Assembly (NCBI GenBank): GCA_002269645.1
Contig: NIVC01003899.1
Coordinates: 1-64,000, forward strand
Length of the DNA: 64,000 nucleotides
Reading direction: 5' to 3'
Source: Macrostomum lignano
Lineage: Eukaryota
Part shown: piece after piece, positions 38,179-51,270 of the stretch
Numbering within the stretch: position 1 is the first letter of the stretch
Layout of the letters: every line of letters starts with the position of its first letter
Notes under the pieces: generated by a model
Told to the model about the DNA's origin: nothing
What the model saw: the letters and a program-made list of their open reading frames with translations, nothing else
Database searches by the model: none
Position numbers and translations under genes: made by a program

Positions 38179-39504
38179 TCAGACAATATGATCCATGTAG
38201 ATCAGCAGATGGTCGGCAAAGCCCACAACTTTCTCCAAGTACGGGGCGTCGTACTTTGCGTAGAAAAAAATAGGGAGCTTTGCGATACCAGCCTTGTTGG
38301 CAAACGGCATTAGACAATCGTCTTTGTCGCTTTCTACAATCCCCATAAAGCCGCGATCATTGTCGCAGTCGCGATCATCGAACTTGTGGATGTAAAACGT
38401 CCTGTTGGAGGAGCTGCTGCGGTTGTGTCCGGCGATGCTGAAATGAGCGAATTTCGGCACCGAGCGGCCGTTGTTGTACATCCAGAACGGGATGGTGTAC
38501 AGGAGCCGCTCCGGACTGAACCAGTTGGAAGTATTCAGCCCGGTCTTGTCGCTAACGTCAAACCACGCCGAAGCTACTCGGTTGGCTTTCTGCCGCAGTT
38601 CAACCACAATGATATCGGCGTTGTACTGCAGCAGAGCGTTGCTCAGGTCGTCCAGCAAGGCAGAGCGGTAAATTGTTTCAATTTTTGTTGCGTTGGTCCG
38701 ATTCCCGCTCGCAGCGCCATCACCGTAGAAGAACACCGTCGAAGGTTCTTCGTCGGTACCGCCCTCGGCCGAAAACAGCACCATCTCGGGCTTGGCTGAA
38801 AGGGTGGAGTATATTTAAAACTTTGCGTGGTAAGACATTCCAGGATGTTGCTTCCTGTCTGCAACTTTTGTGCCGGTAGTTCATTTCTTCTTTTTTCATT
38901 ATTTTGTTATCTTCAATTATTCTTCGCTTCAAGGATGCATTCGCTGTATTAACCTTTAAATTTTTCAATTGAATTCCGGTGCAATGACAATGCTTAATAT
39001 TTTTTATTAATATTCCATAACGATGTTAATTCATTTTTATGAAATGAAATGACGGATTTTATTGCTTTTGTTCTCACATTTACAATTTACTCACTTCATA
39101 AAACACATTGTATACCGACAAACCAAATTATACTTTAAACTATGTTTCTCGTTACTAATCTGTTCCATGCAATAGTACGTACGTCGTTTCATGCAATAGT
39201 TTGCTTTTTCTTTTACTTAAGTTCAACAAATTTCATAGAGAATGTTCGTCTAGACTCATTAGACTACAAAGATTCAGTAAACAAAATGACGCAGTTTCTT
39301 TCGTATTGGCCAACCAGCTCAGGCTGTCTTCTCTAGCTGAGCCATTGCACTTCATTACTACTACTGTCTCCAGACTTGCAACCAGAAAACTAACAAACTT
39401 CAATCCAATACATGCATACACGCGCATTACTCACGGAAAGCAAGTGTCGCCGGGGCAGCGCTGATGAGAAGGACGAACAGGTGGAATAGTTGATTGCGCA
39501 TCAT
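38179..39504 (-). CDS. Two-exon gene for a 228-aa predicted secreted protein (exons 39504-39435 and 38795-38179)
   Basis: Exon 1 encodes the hydrophobic MMRNQLFHLFVLLISAAPATLAF, donor C|GTGAGT. Acceptor CTTTCAG|CC. The phase-1 join gives ...LAFPKPEMVLFSAEGG..., continuing the 201-aa ORF to its stop at 38179. Confidence 0.8.
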
Positions 39505-40734
39505 TTTTGTTGCCTTGACAACTCCACACTCATGCCTAATGCATTTGCGTTAACTATGCATTTATAGCTCAAACGCGTGGGATAGAATCTTGTCTGAGAG
39601 CTTTGTTTTTGTGACATTTTCCATAGAGATAGCTACATATTCTTTGACCGGGCCACTCTGTAATCAGTCATAAGATTATAACCATGGATGAAGGAATACA
39701 CTGGATTGCTCATCTGAAATAGTCTATGGTCGAGTTCTCTCCTCCAAACTTGGAACTTGGAATGAATTCATAATTATGGTCGCTGCCACCAGTCCAATGT
39801 TCCTACTATTAAGATGTAAATATAGAGTTAACAGGTAACACAGAGGCACAGAGACAGAGACATACTGCTACATTATTCTACGAAAACACTCAAAGTCAAA
39901 CTCACACCCCGATCTTCGAATTCCCCCTGATTAATTTCGTTGTTGAAAAAATAAACCTGAAGATGCACCTAGGAGTGCGAAACGCGTCGTTACTTACATT
40001 ATGTTGATTTTCATTTTCCCCCTGACTGATTCAGCAGCCAGTCAAGTCCTACAGGGGATTATTTTTAAATTTCATCAGCCAATAGCAACTCAAACACACA
40101 CTCACACAGGGTCTTCGAATTCGAATTGATTTCGACAAGAAGCTCTACTGAAACTTTGCACACTTCGTGACTTTGTTAAACAGAAAGGTTTCATCTTTTA
40201 TTGCATTTCTTGGAAAAAAGCACGACTAAAATCGAACGAACAGCCACTGAAGTTATAAATTAAAATAGTCGATAATAGTACCGTGACTATGGCTTCAGAG
40301 CTATTATTACGGTAGATTAAATTGACTGATTGCACAACACAAATTTAGTAAGCTATAGATTTAAAAGTACAAAAGCATTCTGCGCCTTGGAAATGCCTTT
40401 GCGCGAAAAGTGCAATAGTACGAAGTAATTAGAATAATAAATTGAAATTCGCTTTGGGAACTGTGCGAGCATATGCAACTAAGGCATAAAGTACAGGGAC
40501 AATGAGCGTGGATCCAAGGCAGCGAAAGTTTTAACCGCGCAATATTTGAACCCGTCGAAAAAAATCCTAAATTTAGAGACAAAACGCCTGAAAGAATAGC
40601 AAAGACAAAGGCCCCTAGGACCCAATTGTTTATTTTTCTTAACTCTGTGGCATTCAAAGCTCATTTTGGCTACTTGATGCTTCGGTTAGTTCCACAATGT
40701 GAGACTGTGTCTGGTTCCGAATTTAGACAATTAT

Positions 40735-41560
40735 TGATTGTTGTCTATGGTTCCAGAGTTAGAGGATGGTAGATTGTGTCTATGGTTCCGGAGTTAGAGG
40801 ATGGTAGATTGTGTCTATGGTTCCGGAGTTAGAGGATGGTAGATTGTGTCTATGGTTCCGGAGTTAGACAATGGTAGATTGTGTCTATGGTTCCAGAGTT
40901 AGAGGATGGTAGATTGTGTCTATGGTTCCGGAGTTAGAGGATGGTAGATTGTGTCTATGGTTCCGGAGTTAGACAATGGTAGATTGTGTCTATGGTTCCG
41001 GAGTTAGACAATGGTAGATTGTGTCTATGGTTCCGGAGTTAGAGGATGGTAGATTGTGTCTATGGTTCCGGAGTTAGACAATGGTAGATTGTGTCTATGG
41101 TTCCGGAGTTAGACAATGGTAGATTGTGTCTATGGTTCCGGAGTTAGACAATGTTAGATTGTGTCTATGGTTCCGGAGTTAGACGATGGTAGATTGTGTC
41201 GATGGTTCCGGAGTTAATGGTAGATTGTGTCTATGGTTTCGGCGTTGATGTTAGATTGTGTCTATGGTTTCGGCGTTGATGTTAGATTGTGTCTATGGTT
41301 TCGGCGTTGATGGTAGATTGTGTCTATGGTTTCGGCGTTGATGGTAGATTGTGTCTATGGTTTCGGCGTTGATGGTAGATTGTGTCTATGGTTCCGGAGT
41401 TAGACAATGGTAGATTGTGTCTATGGTTCCGGAGTTAATGGTAGATTGTGTCGATGGTTCCGGAGTTAATGGTAGATTGTGTCTATGGTTCCGGAGTTAG
41501 ACAATGGTAGATTGTGTCTATGGTTTCGGAGTTGATGTTAGATTGTGTCTATGGTTCCGG
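40735..41560. repeat. 35-bp minisatellite (AGATTGTGTCTATGGTTCCGGAGTTAGACAATGGT), copy 1
   Basis: Period 35 (40981, 41016). The paralogous array is at ~52925-53470. Confidence 0.93.
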
Positions 41561-41826
41561 AGTTACATGGTATTCAGTAGATAGTGTCCATTGTTCTGGA
41601 ATCATACTGTACGATACGACACGGATATGCTTTACTGATTCCATGTACGCTCGTACTTTACCGAGGCTATTAAAAGTTTTAGGCTGTTGTGCCTGCGCAG
41701 CTTCGGATCGCTTTGATCATCGCTTGTTTCTAAGAACCAAGAGAAGCAATCTGTCGCGGACTACTTAAATTTTTCTGCATTAGCGGTGCATGGGACAGAC
41801 GTGCAGAGCACATATTTACGAGCTAC

Positions 41827-44800
41827 TCAGAGCAGCCAGCGAAAGTCCCGTTGAACCCAAAGCACATTATCTGGCCAGGTTAGGGTCCACCCCTGATTCA
41901 ATTGTGTTTTCCCGTCTACAGAGTGGGCCGTGTAGCCGTGCGAGTTGAAGAAAGCCAGGACATCGGCGGAGTCCGTGCCCGTGAGGTGCCTGCTGAGCCA
42001 CTCCATCTGGACGGCCGCCACTTTCCTGTCTTTGAAGAGGCGGCCGGCCGTGCGCAGGAAGTCGGCCTCGCCGCCTTCGGCGTCCAGCTTCAGCAGCACC
42101 ATCCGCGTGGGCACCAGCTGGACGAGCTGGTCGGCGGCCAGCGGCATCACCTCCACGGGGTCGGGCACCGAGCGGGCGAACTTGGTGGCGCCGCCGATGT
42201 TGCAATCAGCTGGATAGTTCAGCCTGGCCAAGCGGCTCCTGTCGAAACTGATGAAGCTCCACAGGAGGCTGACGGAGCCGTACGGAGCGGCAGAGCTGCT
42301 GGCTGATGGTGACGCGGACGGGTTCGCCGACGTAGCTTCGCGCAGGGCCATGCGAACTCGCATCAGATTGCGGGCGTTGGCGTCCACGGCGATCACCTGT
42401 GGAGGAGGTTGAAGATCAAGCTCAAGTTCAGGTATATTTATTTCTAAATGCCAAGTTTTTTACATTCTTCTTCTTCTTTACAGTAGCTGTCATGGCCGTG
42501 GGCGCGCCCATTCATGCGCCAGCTTCCTCCACCACTACCTGTCCTTTGCTGCTCTTCTTAGCCTCTCCATTTGTCCATCCGGTCCATTCTTTCAGGTCAT
42601 CTTCCCACTGCCTTTTTGGTCTTTCTCTTCTTTTTTTTACCCTCCATTTTTCCTTGAATACAGACATCTGCAATGGCTCCCTTTCTTGTCTGATGTCCGT
42701 AATATTTGAGCTTTCTCCGCTTGATGATCGCCTCCAAAGATCATGGTTCCTTTCCCAATACCTCCGTAACTTTTCTCTAAACCCAGGCATTTGTCTTTTT
42801 CTCTTTCCGTGAAAAACTTCTTCTGTAAGATTTCATTTCAAACGGTTTGAATGTCTCCATAATTTTCTTCCCCAGAGTCCAGCTCTTGCACCCATGTGAC
42901 CGCCTTTGTAATCTTGAGGCGATTCTTCAAATTGACTCCTTTGAGCCGCCAAAGTTCCTCAAGCCTAATCATTTCTACATTACTGTAAGTAGAAATGCTC
43001 GCTATTTACCGGGAAACCCAGCGCCGCCGCCTGCAGAGTGTAGGTGCCGATGTTGCAGCCGATATCGATCAGCGTAGCGTTGCCAACGCCAAGGCGCAGC
43101 AGGCGGTCTAGCAGCGGCGCAACCAGCGACTCCTCCCAGGCGTGATCAGCGACCAGCTTCTCGGTGATGAAGTCGCCTCCCGTGTGGCCCCAGATGGGAA
43201 CTCGGCGCGGCGCTGGCGAGCCTGCCGCAGGTGATGCAATTCGCAGCCAGGTTCGGACGCTGCTTTTGCGAAGTCGGCGCTGCAGCCAGGCGGGCGGGTC
43301 GGACAGGCGGCACAGTGGGAAGCCGCCGCCCGGCAGGTGTTTGTACAGCCGGACACCGTCCAGACAGACGGCCGAGTGGTTGTCCTGGAAAGTCACATTT
43401 TCAAAGTTCATTAGTCACGTGATGATCTAGCCACACGTGTTAGTTGCGCCAGCCCTGCTTGTTCCCTCGGTTAGTAGAGGGAGTTTGATATTTCTCAGCG
43501 CAATCTGATAGCACTACTTGCATGCGATGGACAGTAGTATCTAACCTTTCTTGCTAGTATCTCATTAAATATAAAATCTTCTAAATCAAGATTTTCTGGA
43601 TTTATGATTTTTATTCGTAGTAATATCTAAGTAATCTACTGCGTTACACGAGATCCAATCATACTCGATCCATTTCTAATCTACCTCTATCCGTATATAA
43701 TATACCTCAATTCAAATCTAATCTACCTCAATTCATATCTAATCTAACTCAATCCATATCCAAGCTACCTTAATCCATATCGAATTTATCTCAATTCATA
43801 TCTAATCTAACTCAATCCATATCCAAGCTACCTCAATCTATATCCGATCTACCTTAATCCATATCGAGTTTAGCTCGTATCTTAATTCATATTTAATCTA
43901 CCTCAATCCATATCTAATCTATCTCAATCCATAACTAATATACCTCAATCCATATCTAATCTACGTCGATACATAAATAATCTACCTCAATCCATATCTA
44001 ATCTAACTCAATCCATATCTAATCTACTTCAATCCATATCTAATCTAACTCAATCCGTATCTAATCTACCTCAATCCATATCTAATCTAACTCAATCCGT
44101 ATCTAACCTTAACCTGCATTTCAATCCGTATCTATTACTAATACCACCTATTAACCATTGCTAGTATCCGTTGTTTTTTGTAAAGATTAATAGAAACGTT
44201 TAAACAAAAAAAAACAATTACTACTGAAACCATGCTTTCTAGCCTAGACATCTATATATGCAGATATCGCGAAGAACGAGCACCCCCAGCGAGCCTTGGC
44301 ATCTCAGCAACTCCCCCATGACCCTTTGGCATCTCAATAACTACCCCGCCATTTATCCTTTGTCATTTATTTGTCATTTTTCCTTAGGGCCCTGCGCACT
44401 GTAAAGGCGAAAATGGGACTATTGCATATTCAAAGAGCCTTTGGCAATCAAAGGCAATCGATTATCCAGCAATAAACAACAGCTTGAATGCTTCCAAAGA
44501 GATTAGGCAGTCATGCACAGATTCTAGCGCAGATTCCCTGTGTTAAGCAAAGCCACCCCAAGGCAGGTGTAGGCAGCAGGCAGGACTCTGCTGGCGGTCA
44601 TTTGCAACAGGAAAGAGCAAAGGAGGGCAGGAACACAGCCCTGTGCCGGTCGGTTTGTTTAGCAACACAAGCGCAGGGCAGCACAGAATGAGTCGAGCCT
44701 TGTTTAATTTGTGAGGCATTTGACTGTTTTCAGATACTGCATGCTGAAACCATGCTTGACTAGCTGTGTTTTGCAGACTTCACAGCTACAGTATAATAGG

Positions 44801-45852
44801 TAAAAAAGGGTTAACAGTTTAGCCTGTAAATCCTGTAACTTCACAGCTTTAACATACATCAAGACGCAGCACAAGTACTGCTGACGCAAAAATCATATCA
44901 TGCAACCCAGGGTTGGGAATTTTGGCCGAATAGTTCTTCCGAATTCTTACCGAAACCCAGTAGATCCAATAGTAGGTCTACCGAGTCCCAGTAGATCTAA
45001 TAGTAGGTCTACCGAGTCCCAGTAGATCTAATAGTAGATCTACCGAATCCCAGTAGATCCAATAGTAGGTCTACCGAGTCCCAGTAGATCTAATAGGTAG
45101 GTCTACCGAGTCCCAGTAGATCCAATAAGTAGGTCTACCGAGTCCCAGTAGATCCGATAGTAGATCTACAGAGGCCCAATAGATCCGATAGTAGGTCTAC
45201 CGAGTCCCAGTAGATCTAATAGGTAGGTCTACCGAGTCCCAGTAGATCCAATAGTAGGTCTACCGAGTCCCAGTAGATCTAATAGTAGGTCTACCGAGTC
45301 CCAGTAGATCTAATAGTAGATCTACCGAATCCCAGTAGATCCAATTAGTAGGTCTACATAATCCCAGTAGATCCGATACCATGTCTACCGAATTCCATTA
45401 GATCCGATAATAGGTCTACCGAATACCAGTAGATCTAATAAAGTAGATCTACAGAATTCCAGTAGATCCGATAGTAGATCTACAGAATCCTAGTGGATCG
45501 AATAGTAGATCTACAGAATCCCAGTAGATCCGATAGTAGATCTACAGAATCTCAGTAGATTTGATATAGTAGATCTACAGAATCTCAGTAGATCCAATTG
45601 TAGATCTACAGAATCCCAGTGGATCGAATTGTAGATCTACAGAATTCCAGTAGATCCGAATCCGTGCAGCGCACAAGAACTCACCTGCTCAACCCACATG
45701 GCCAGGTCGCCCAGACTCCGCAGACATTCGCCCCGACCAGACAAGCCAGTTGCAGTGAAGTTTCGCATCGCGGCCCAGTGCACGATGGCAACCGTCAGTG
45801 CAACCGCTATGGAGAACACCAGCAGCTTCTTACAACGCATATTGCTCAACAT
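41827..45852 (-). CDS. FkbM-family (Methyltransf_21) SAM methyltransferase with N-terminal membrane anchor, copy 1; exons 45852-45685, 43384-43010, 42396-41827; 370 aa
   Basis: TM segment LLVFSIAVALTVAIVHW; motifs LIDIGCNIGTYTL, VIAVDAN, LLKLDAEGGE, VQMEW. Phase-0 junctions CAG|GTGAGT, TTTCCAG|GAC, CCG|GTAAAT, CCACAG|GTG. Confidence 0.87.
42462..42975 (-). mobile_element. RTE-type LINE 3' fragment in methyltransferase intron 2 (copy 1)
   Basis: Degenerate translation includes FEMKSYRR, KRRKLKYYGH, GKMEGKKRR.RPKRQWEDDLKEW; (GAA)n tail. The paralogous fragment is at ~54375-54895. Confidence 0.78.
43660..44120. repeat. Degenerate 21-bp minisatellite (TCTAATCTACCTCAATCCATA), copy 1
   Basis: Tandem units; paralogue at ~55575-56010. 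Confidence 0.85.
44950..45660. repeat. ~31-bp minisatellite (CCCAGTAGATCCAATAGTAGGTCTACCGAAT), copy 1
   Basis: Tandem units; paralogue at ~57240-57830. Confidence 0.9.
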
Positions 45853-46239
45853 GAGTGGAAAACTATTCGATCAGCTGTAGGGCAGCTTAGGTTAAACTTA
45901 TCTCTCAGCTTGATTGAAAGCTGGGCAGAGTGACAGAGTCGATAAGGCCGAAAGCATTGGCACAGTCACTTTTTGTGCGCTCTGGATGATGCTCGGTGAA
46001 AGCGCGCGGAGCTCCTATTGGCCAGAATGTCCCAAACCAATTTGCCGTGTTTGCCTGCCTGTCTCCAAAAGTAGGGGGGTTTGCAAAGGCTTGTTTGCTT
46101 TGCTGTGAGTGTAGAGCCATGGGGCGGATTTCTATAGCAATATGGAGACCAAAGGGCAAGTTGTTTGTTTTACATGCATTCACATTTCCGCTATGGAATT
46201 GCTTCAGTCGGCATGTGGCAACCAGCTTGAATGAGACTT

Positions 46240-47710
46240 AGGTTCTGTGAAGCTTAGGTTTGTGAAGCTTAGGTTTGTTAAGCTTTTGGATTTGTGAAGC
46301 TTTTGGGTTTTTGAAGCTTGGGGTTTGTGAAGCTTAGGATTTGTGAAGCTTTTGGGTTTGTGAAGATTTTGGGTTTGTGAAGATTTTGGGTTTGTGAAGC
46401 TTAGGATTTGTGAAGCTTTTGGGTTTGTGAAGCTTGGGGTTTGTGAAGCTTAGGATTTGTGAAGCTTAGGGTTTGTGAAGCTTAGGTTTGTGAAGCTTTG
46501 AGTTTGTGAATCTTAGGGTTTGTGAAGCTTTGAGTTTGTGAAGCTTAGGATTTGTGAAGCTTGGGATTTGTGAAGCTTGGGGTTTGTGAAGCTTAGGGTT
46601 TGTGAAGCTTTGAGTTTGTGAAGCTTAGGGTTTGTGAAGCTTAGGATTTGTGAAGCTTTTGGGTTTTTGAAGCTTGGGGTTTGTGAAGCTTAGGATTTGT
46701 GAAGCTTTTGGGTTTGTGAAGATTTTGGGTTTGTGAAGATTTTGGGTTTGTGAAGCTTAGGATTTGTGAAGCTTTTGGGTTTGTGAAGCTTGGGGTTTGT
46801 GAAGCTTAGGATTTGTGAAGCTTAGGGTTTGTGAAGCTTAGGTTTGTGAAGCTTTGAGTTTGTGAATCTTAGGGTTTGTGAAGCTTTGAGTTTGTGAAGC
46901 TTAGGGTTTGTGAAGCTTAGGTTTGTGAAGCTTTGAGTTTGTGAATCTTAGGGTTTGTGAAGCTTTGAGTTTGTGAAGCTTAGGATTTGTGAAGCTTGGG
47001 ATTTGTGAAGCTTGGGGTTTGTGAAGCTTAGGGTTTGTGAAGCTTTGAGTTTGTGAAGCTTGGGGTTTGTGAAGCTTAGGATTTGTGAAGCTTTTGGGTT
47101 TGTGAAGATTTTGGGTTTGTGAAGATTTTGGGTTTGTGAAGCTTAGGATTTGTGAAGCTTTTGGGTTTGTGAAGCTTGGGGTTTGTGAAGCTTAGGATTT
47201 GTGAAGCTTAGGGTTTGTGAAGCTTAGGTTTGTGAAGCTTTGAGTTTGTGAATCTTAGGGTTTGTGAAGCTTTGAGTTTGTGAAGCTTAGGATTTGTGAA
47301 GCTTGGGATTTGTGAAGCTTGGGGTTTGTGAAGCTTAGGGTTTGTGAAGCTTTGAGTTTGTGAAGCTTAGGGTTTGTGAAGCTTAGGATTTGTGAAGCTT
47401 GGGATTTGTGAAGCTTGTGATTTGTGAAGCTTGGGATTTGTGAAGATTTATGAAGCTTGGTGTTCGTGAAGCTTAGGGTTTATGAAGCTTAGGATTTATG
47501 AAGCTTGGGATTTGTGAATCTTAGAATTTGTGAAGCTTTGAGTTTTTGAAGCATAGGATTTGTGAAGCTTTGAGTTTGTAAAGCTTTGAGTTTGTGAAGC
47601 TTTGAGTTTGTGAAGCTTAGGGTTTGTGAAGCTTGGGATTTGTGAAGCTTTGAGTTTGTGAAGCTTAGGGTTTGTGAATCTTAGGGTTTGTGAAGCTTAG
47701 AGTCTGTGAG
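46240..47710. repeat. 16-17-bp minisatellite (TTTGTGAAGCTTAGGG), long allele
   Basis: About 1.47 kb here, versus only ~58450-58575 in copy 2. Confidence 0.95.
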
Positions 47711-48229
47711 GTTTGTGAGGCCATGCCAAATAGATTTCTAGCATCGGGAAATTTGGAGTTAACGATAAAGATTCGAGCTTTAGTTTTGGGATCCCGTTAT
47801 CGAGTATGCAAATGAAAACTACCCCCCCCCCACACACAACACATTTATAATAGTGGCAATGCAGTATACTCATTAGTCATTGTTATACCTTGATGCGCTT
47901 CTTTAATCCTTAAATACTTAACTCAAATTCCGTTATCGATTTTTCTGTTATTGATCCTGGGGGGGGGGGTAAGAAGTGGTGGTGCGATAGTTAGTTCCCA
48001 CGGTAAATTGTATTAGTGCAATATGCCAATTTTCGGTGCTTGCCAATGACTTGAGAGCATTGGGTTGGAGACTGATTTATGGCTGGAGGGGCCCGGGCTC
48101 GCATTGGAAATTCAGAGATTTACTGTGCGGCCCCATGACTGACCGATCGAAGCCATGCAGATCCGGTTGAATAAACACAGGCCAAGAACAGGGAGCAAAT
48201 GTTATGACTGTTTGTGCCTTCCACGGGAG

Positions 48230-48590
48230 TCAGGTATTCAGGTATTCAAGTATTCAGGTACATGTATTTTGGCATTCAAGTATTCAGGTACATGTATTCA
48301 GGTATTCAAGTACATGTATTCAGGTACATGTATTCAGGTATTCAGGTATTCAGGTACATGTATTCAGGTATTCAGGTATTCAAGTATTCAGGTACATGTA
48401 TTCAGGTATTCAGGCCTTCGGGTATTCAGGTATTCAGGTATTCAGGTACATGTATTCAGGTATTCAGGTACATGTATTCAGGTATTCAGGTACATGTATT
48501 CAGGTATTCAGATATTTAGGTACATGTATTCAGGTATTCAGGCCTTCGGGTATTCAGGTACATGTGTTCAGGTATTCAGGAATTCAGGAA
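48230..48590. repeat. 8-bp GTATTCAG-based array, copy 1
   Basis: Tandem units with GTACAT and GCCTTCGG insertions; paralogue at ~59095-59710. Confidence 0.9.
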
Positions 48591-48789
48591 TTGTGGACAA
48601 ATTGTTTTCTACTTCCTTTAATTAATTTATGCTGACTTAAGTCATTGACTAACGCAGATATTAGATAAAAAGACAATAAATCAGAATGAAAATTTTAGCG
48701 CTGTCAGCTAAAATGCGCAGGTATTGAGGCGCAGATATTGAAATAGTGCAGTGCGCTAAAAGAGCGCAGCAAAGGTCACAATGCCGCTG

Positions 48790-51270
48790 CACTCTAACGT
48801 TTTGAATTAGGCATTTACACCTGCACCAATGTTCTGAATTAGGCATTTACACCTGCACCAATGTTCTGAATTAGGCATTTACACCTGCACCAATGTTCTG
48901 AAGTAGACATTTTTACACCTGCACCAATGTTCTGAATTAGGCATTTACACCTGCACCAATGTTCTGAATTAGGCATTTACACCTGCACCAATGTTCTGAA
49001 TTAGGCATTTACACCTGCACCAATGTTCTGAATTAGGCATTTTTAATTGCACCAATGTTCTGAATTAGGCATTTACACCTGCACCAATGTTCTGAATTAG
49101 GCATTTTTAATTGCACCAATGTTCTGAATTAGGCATTTTTACTTGCACCAATGTTCTGAATTAGGCATTTACACCTGCACCAATGTTCTGAATTAGGCAT
49201 TTACACCTGCACCAATGTTCTGAATTAGGCATTTACACCTGCACCAATGTTCTGAATTAGGCATTTACACTTGCATCAATGTTCTGAATTAGGCATTTAC
49301 ACCTGCACCAATGTTCTGAATTAGGCATTTACACCTGCACCAATGTTCTGAATTAGGCATTTACACCTGCACCAATGTTCTGAATTAGGCATTTTCAATT
49401 GCACCAATGTTCTGAATTAGGCATTTACACCTGCACCAATGTTCTGAATTAGGCATTTACACCTGCACCAATGTTCTGAATTAGGCATTTACACCTGCAC
49501 CAATGTTCTGAATTAGGCATTTTCACTTGCACCAATGTTCTGAATTAGGCATTTACACCTGCACCAATGTTCTGAATTAGGCATTTACACCTGCACCAAT
49601 GTTCTGAATTAGGCATTTACACCTGCACCAATGTTCTGAATTAGGCATTTTTACTTGCACCAATGTTCTGAATTAGGCATTTACACCTGCACCAATGTTC
49701 TGAATTAGGCATTTACACCTGCACCAATGTTCTGAATTAGGCATTTACACCTGCACCAATGTTCTGAATTAGGCATTTTTAATTGCACCAATGTTCTGAA
49801 TTAGGCATTTTTACTTGCACCAATGTTCTGAATTAGGCATTTACACCTGCACCAATGTTCTGAATTAGGCATTTACACCTGCACCAATGTTCTGAATTAG
49901 GCATTTACACCTGCACCAATGTTCTGAATTAGGCATTTTCACTTGCACTAATGTTTTGAATTAGGCATTTAACTTGCACCAATGTTCTGAAGTAGACATT
50001 TTTACACCTGCACCAATGTTCTGAATTAGGCATTTACACCTGCACCAATGTTCTGAATTAGGCATTTACACCTGCACCAATGTTCTGAATTAGGCATTTA
50101 CATCTGCACCAATGTTCTGAATTAGGCATTTTCAATTGCACCAATGTTCTGAATTAGGCATTTACACCTGCACCAATGTTCTGAATTAGGCATTTACACT
50201 TGCACCAATGTTCTGAATTAGGCATTTTCACCTGCACCAATGTTCTGAATTAGGCATTTTCACCTGCACCAATGTTCTGAATTAGGCATTTACACCTGCA
50301 CCAATGTTCTGAATTAGGCATTTACACCTGCACCAATGTTCTGAATTAGGCATTTTTACTTGCACCAATGTTCTGAATTAGGCATTTACACCTGCACCAA
50401 TGTTCTGAATTAGGCATTTTTACTTGCACCAATGTTCTGAATTAGGCATTTACACCTGCACCAATGTTCTGAATTAGGCATTTTCACTTGCACTAATGTT
50501 TTGAATTAGGCATTTACACCTGCACCAATGTTCTGAATTAGGCATTTTCACCTGCACCAATGTTCTGAATTAGGCATTTTTACTTGCACCAATGTTCTGA
50601 AGTAGACATTTTTACACCTGCACCAATGTTCTGAATTAGGCATTTACACCTGCACCAATGTTCTGAAGTAGACATTTTTACACCTGCACCAATGTTCTGA
50701 ATTAGGCATTTACACCTGCACCAATGTTCTGAATTAGGCATTTACACCTGCACCAATGTTCTGAATTAGGCATTTACACCTGCACCAATGTTCTGAATTA
50801 GGCATTTTTACTTGCACCAATGTTCTGAATTAGGCATTTACACCTGCACCAATGTTCTGAATTAGGCATTTTTACTTGCACCAATGTTCTGAATTAGGCA
50901 TTTACACCTGCACCAATGTTCTGAATTAGGCATTTTCACTTGCACTAATGTTTTGAATTAGGCATTTACACCTGCACCAATGTTCTGAATTAGGCATTTT
51001 CACCTGCACCAATGTTCTGAATTAGGCATTTTTACTTGCACCAATGTTCTGAATTAGGCATTTTCACTTGCACCAATGTTCTGAATTAGGCATTTACACC
51101 TGCACCAATGTTCTGAATTAGGCATTTACACCTGCACCAATGTTCTGAATTAGGCATTTTCACTTGCACCAATGTTCTGAATTAGGCATTTTTACTTGCA
51201 CTAATGTTCTGAATTAGACATTTTTACACCTGCACCAATGTTCTGATTTAGGCATTTTTACACCTGCACT
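48790..51270. repeat. 32-bp minisatellite (AGGCATTTACACCTGCACCAATGTTCTGAATT), copy 1
   Basis: Period 32 (48841, 48873). Confidence 0.96.

Noticed and set aside
39621-39729. Possible 110-bp CCATAG...CTATGG mini-MITE
   Set aside because: The terminal match is only 7 bp and there is no flanking target-site duplication in either copy.
44905-44960. CAGGGTTGGGAATT...CCGAAT as a hAT end seeding the 31-bp array
   Set aside because: No matching opposite TIR or TSD was found and the resemblance is too short.
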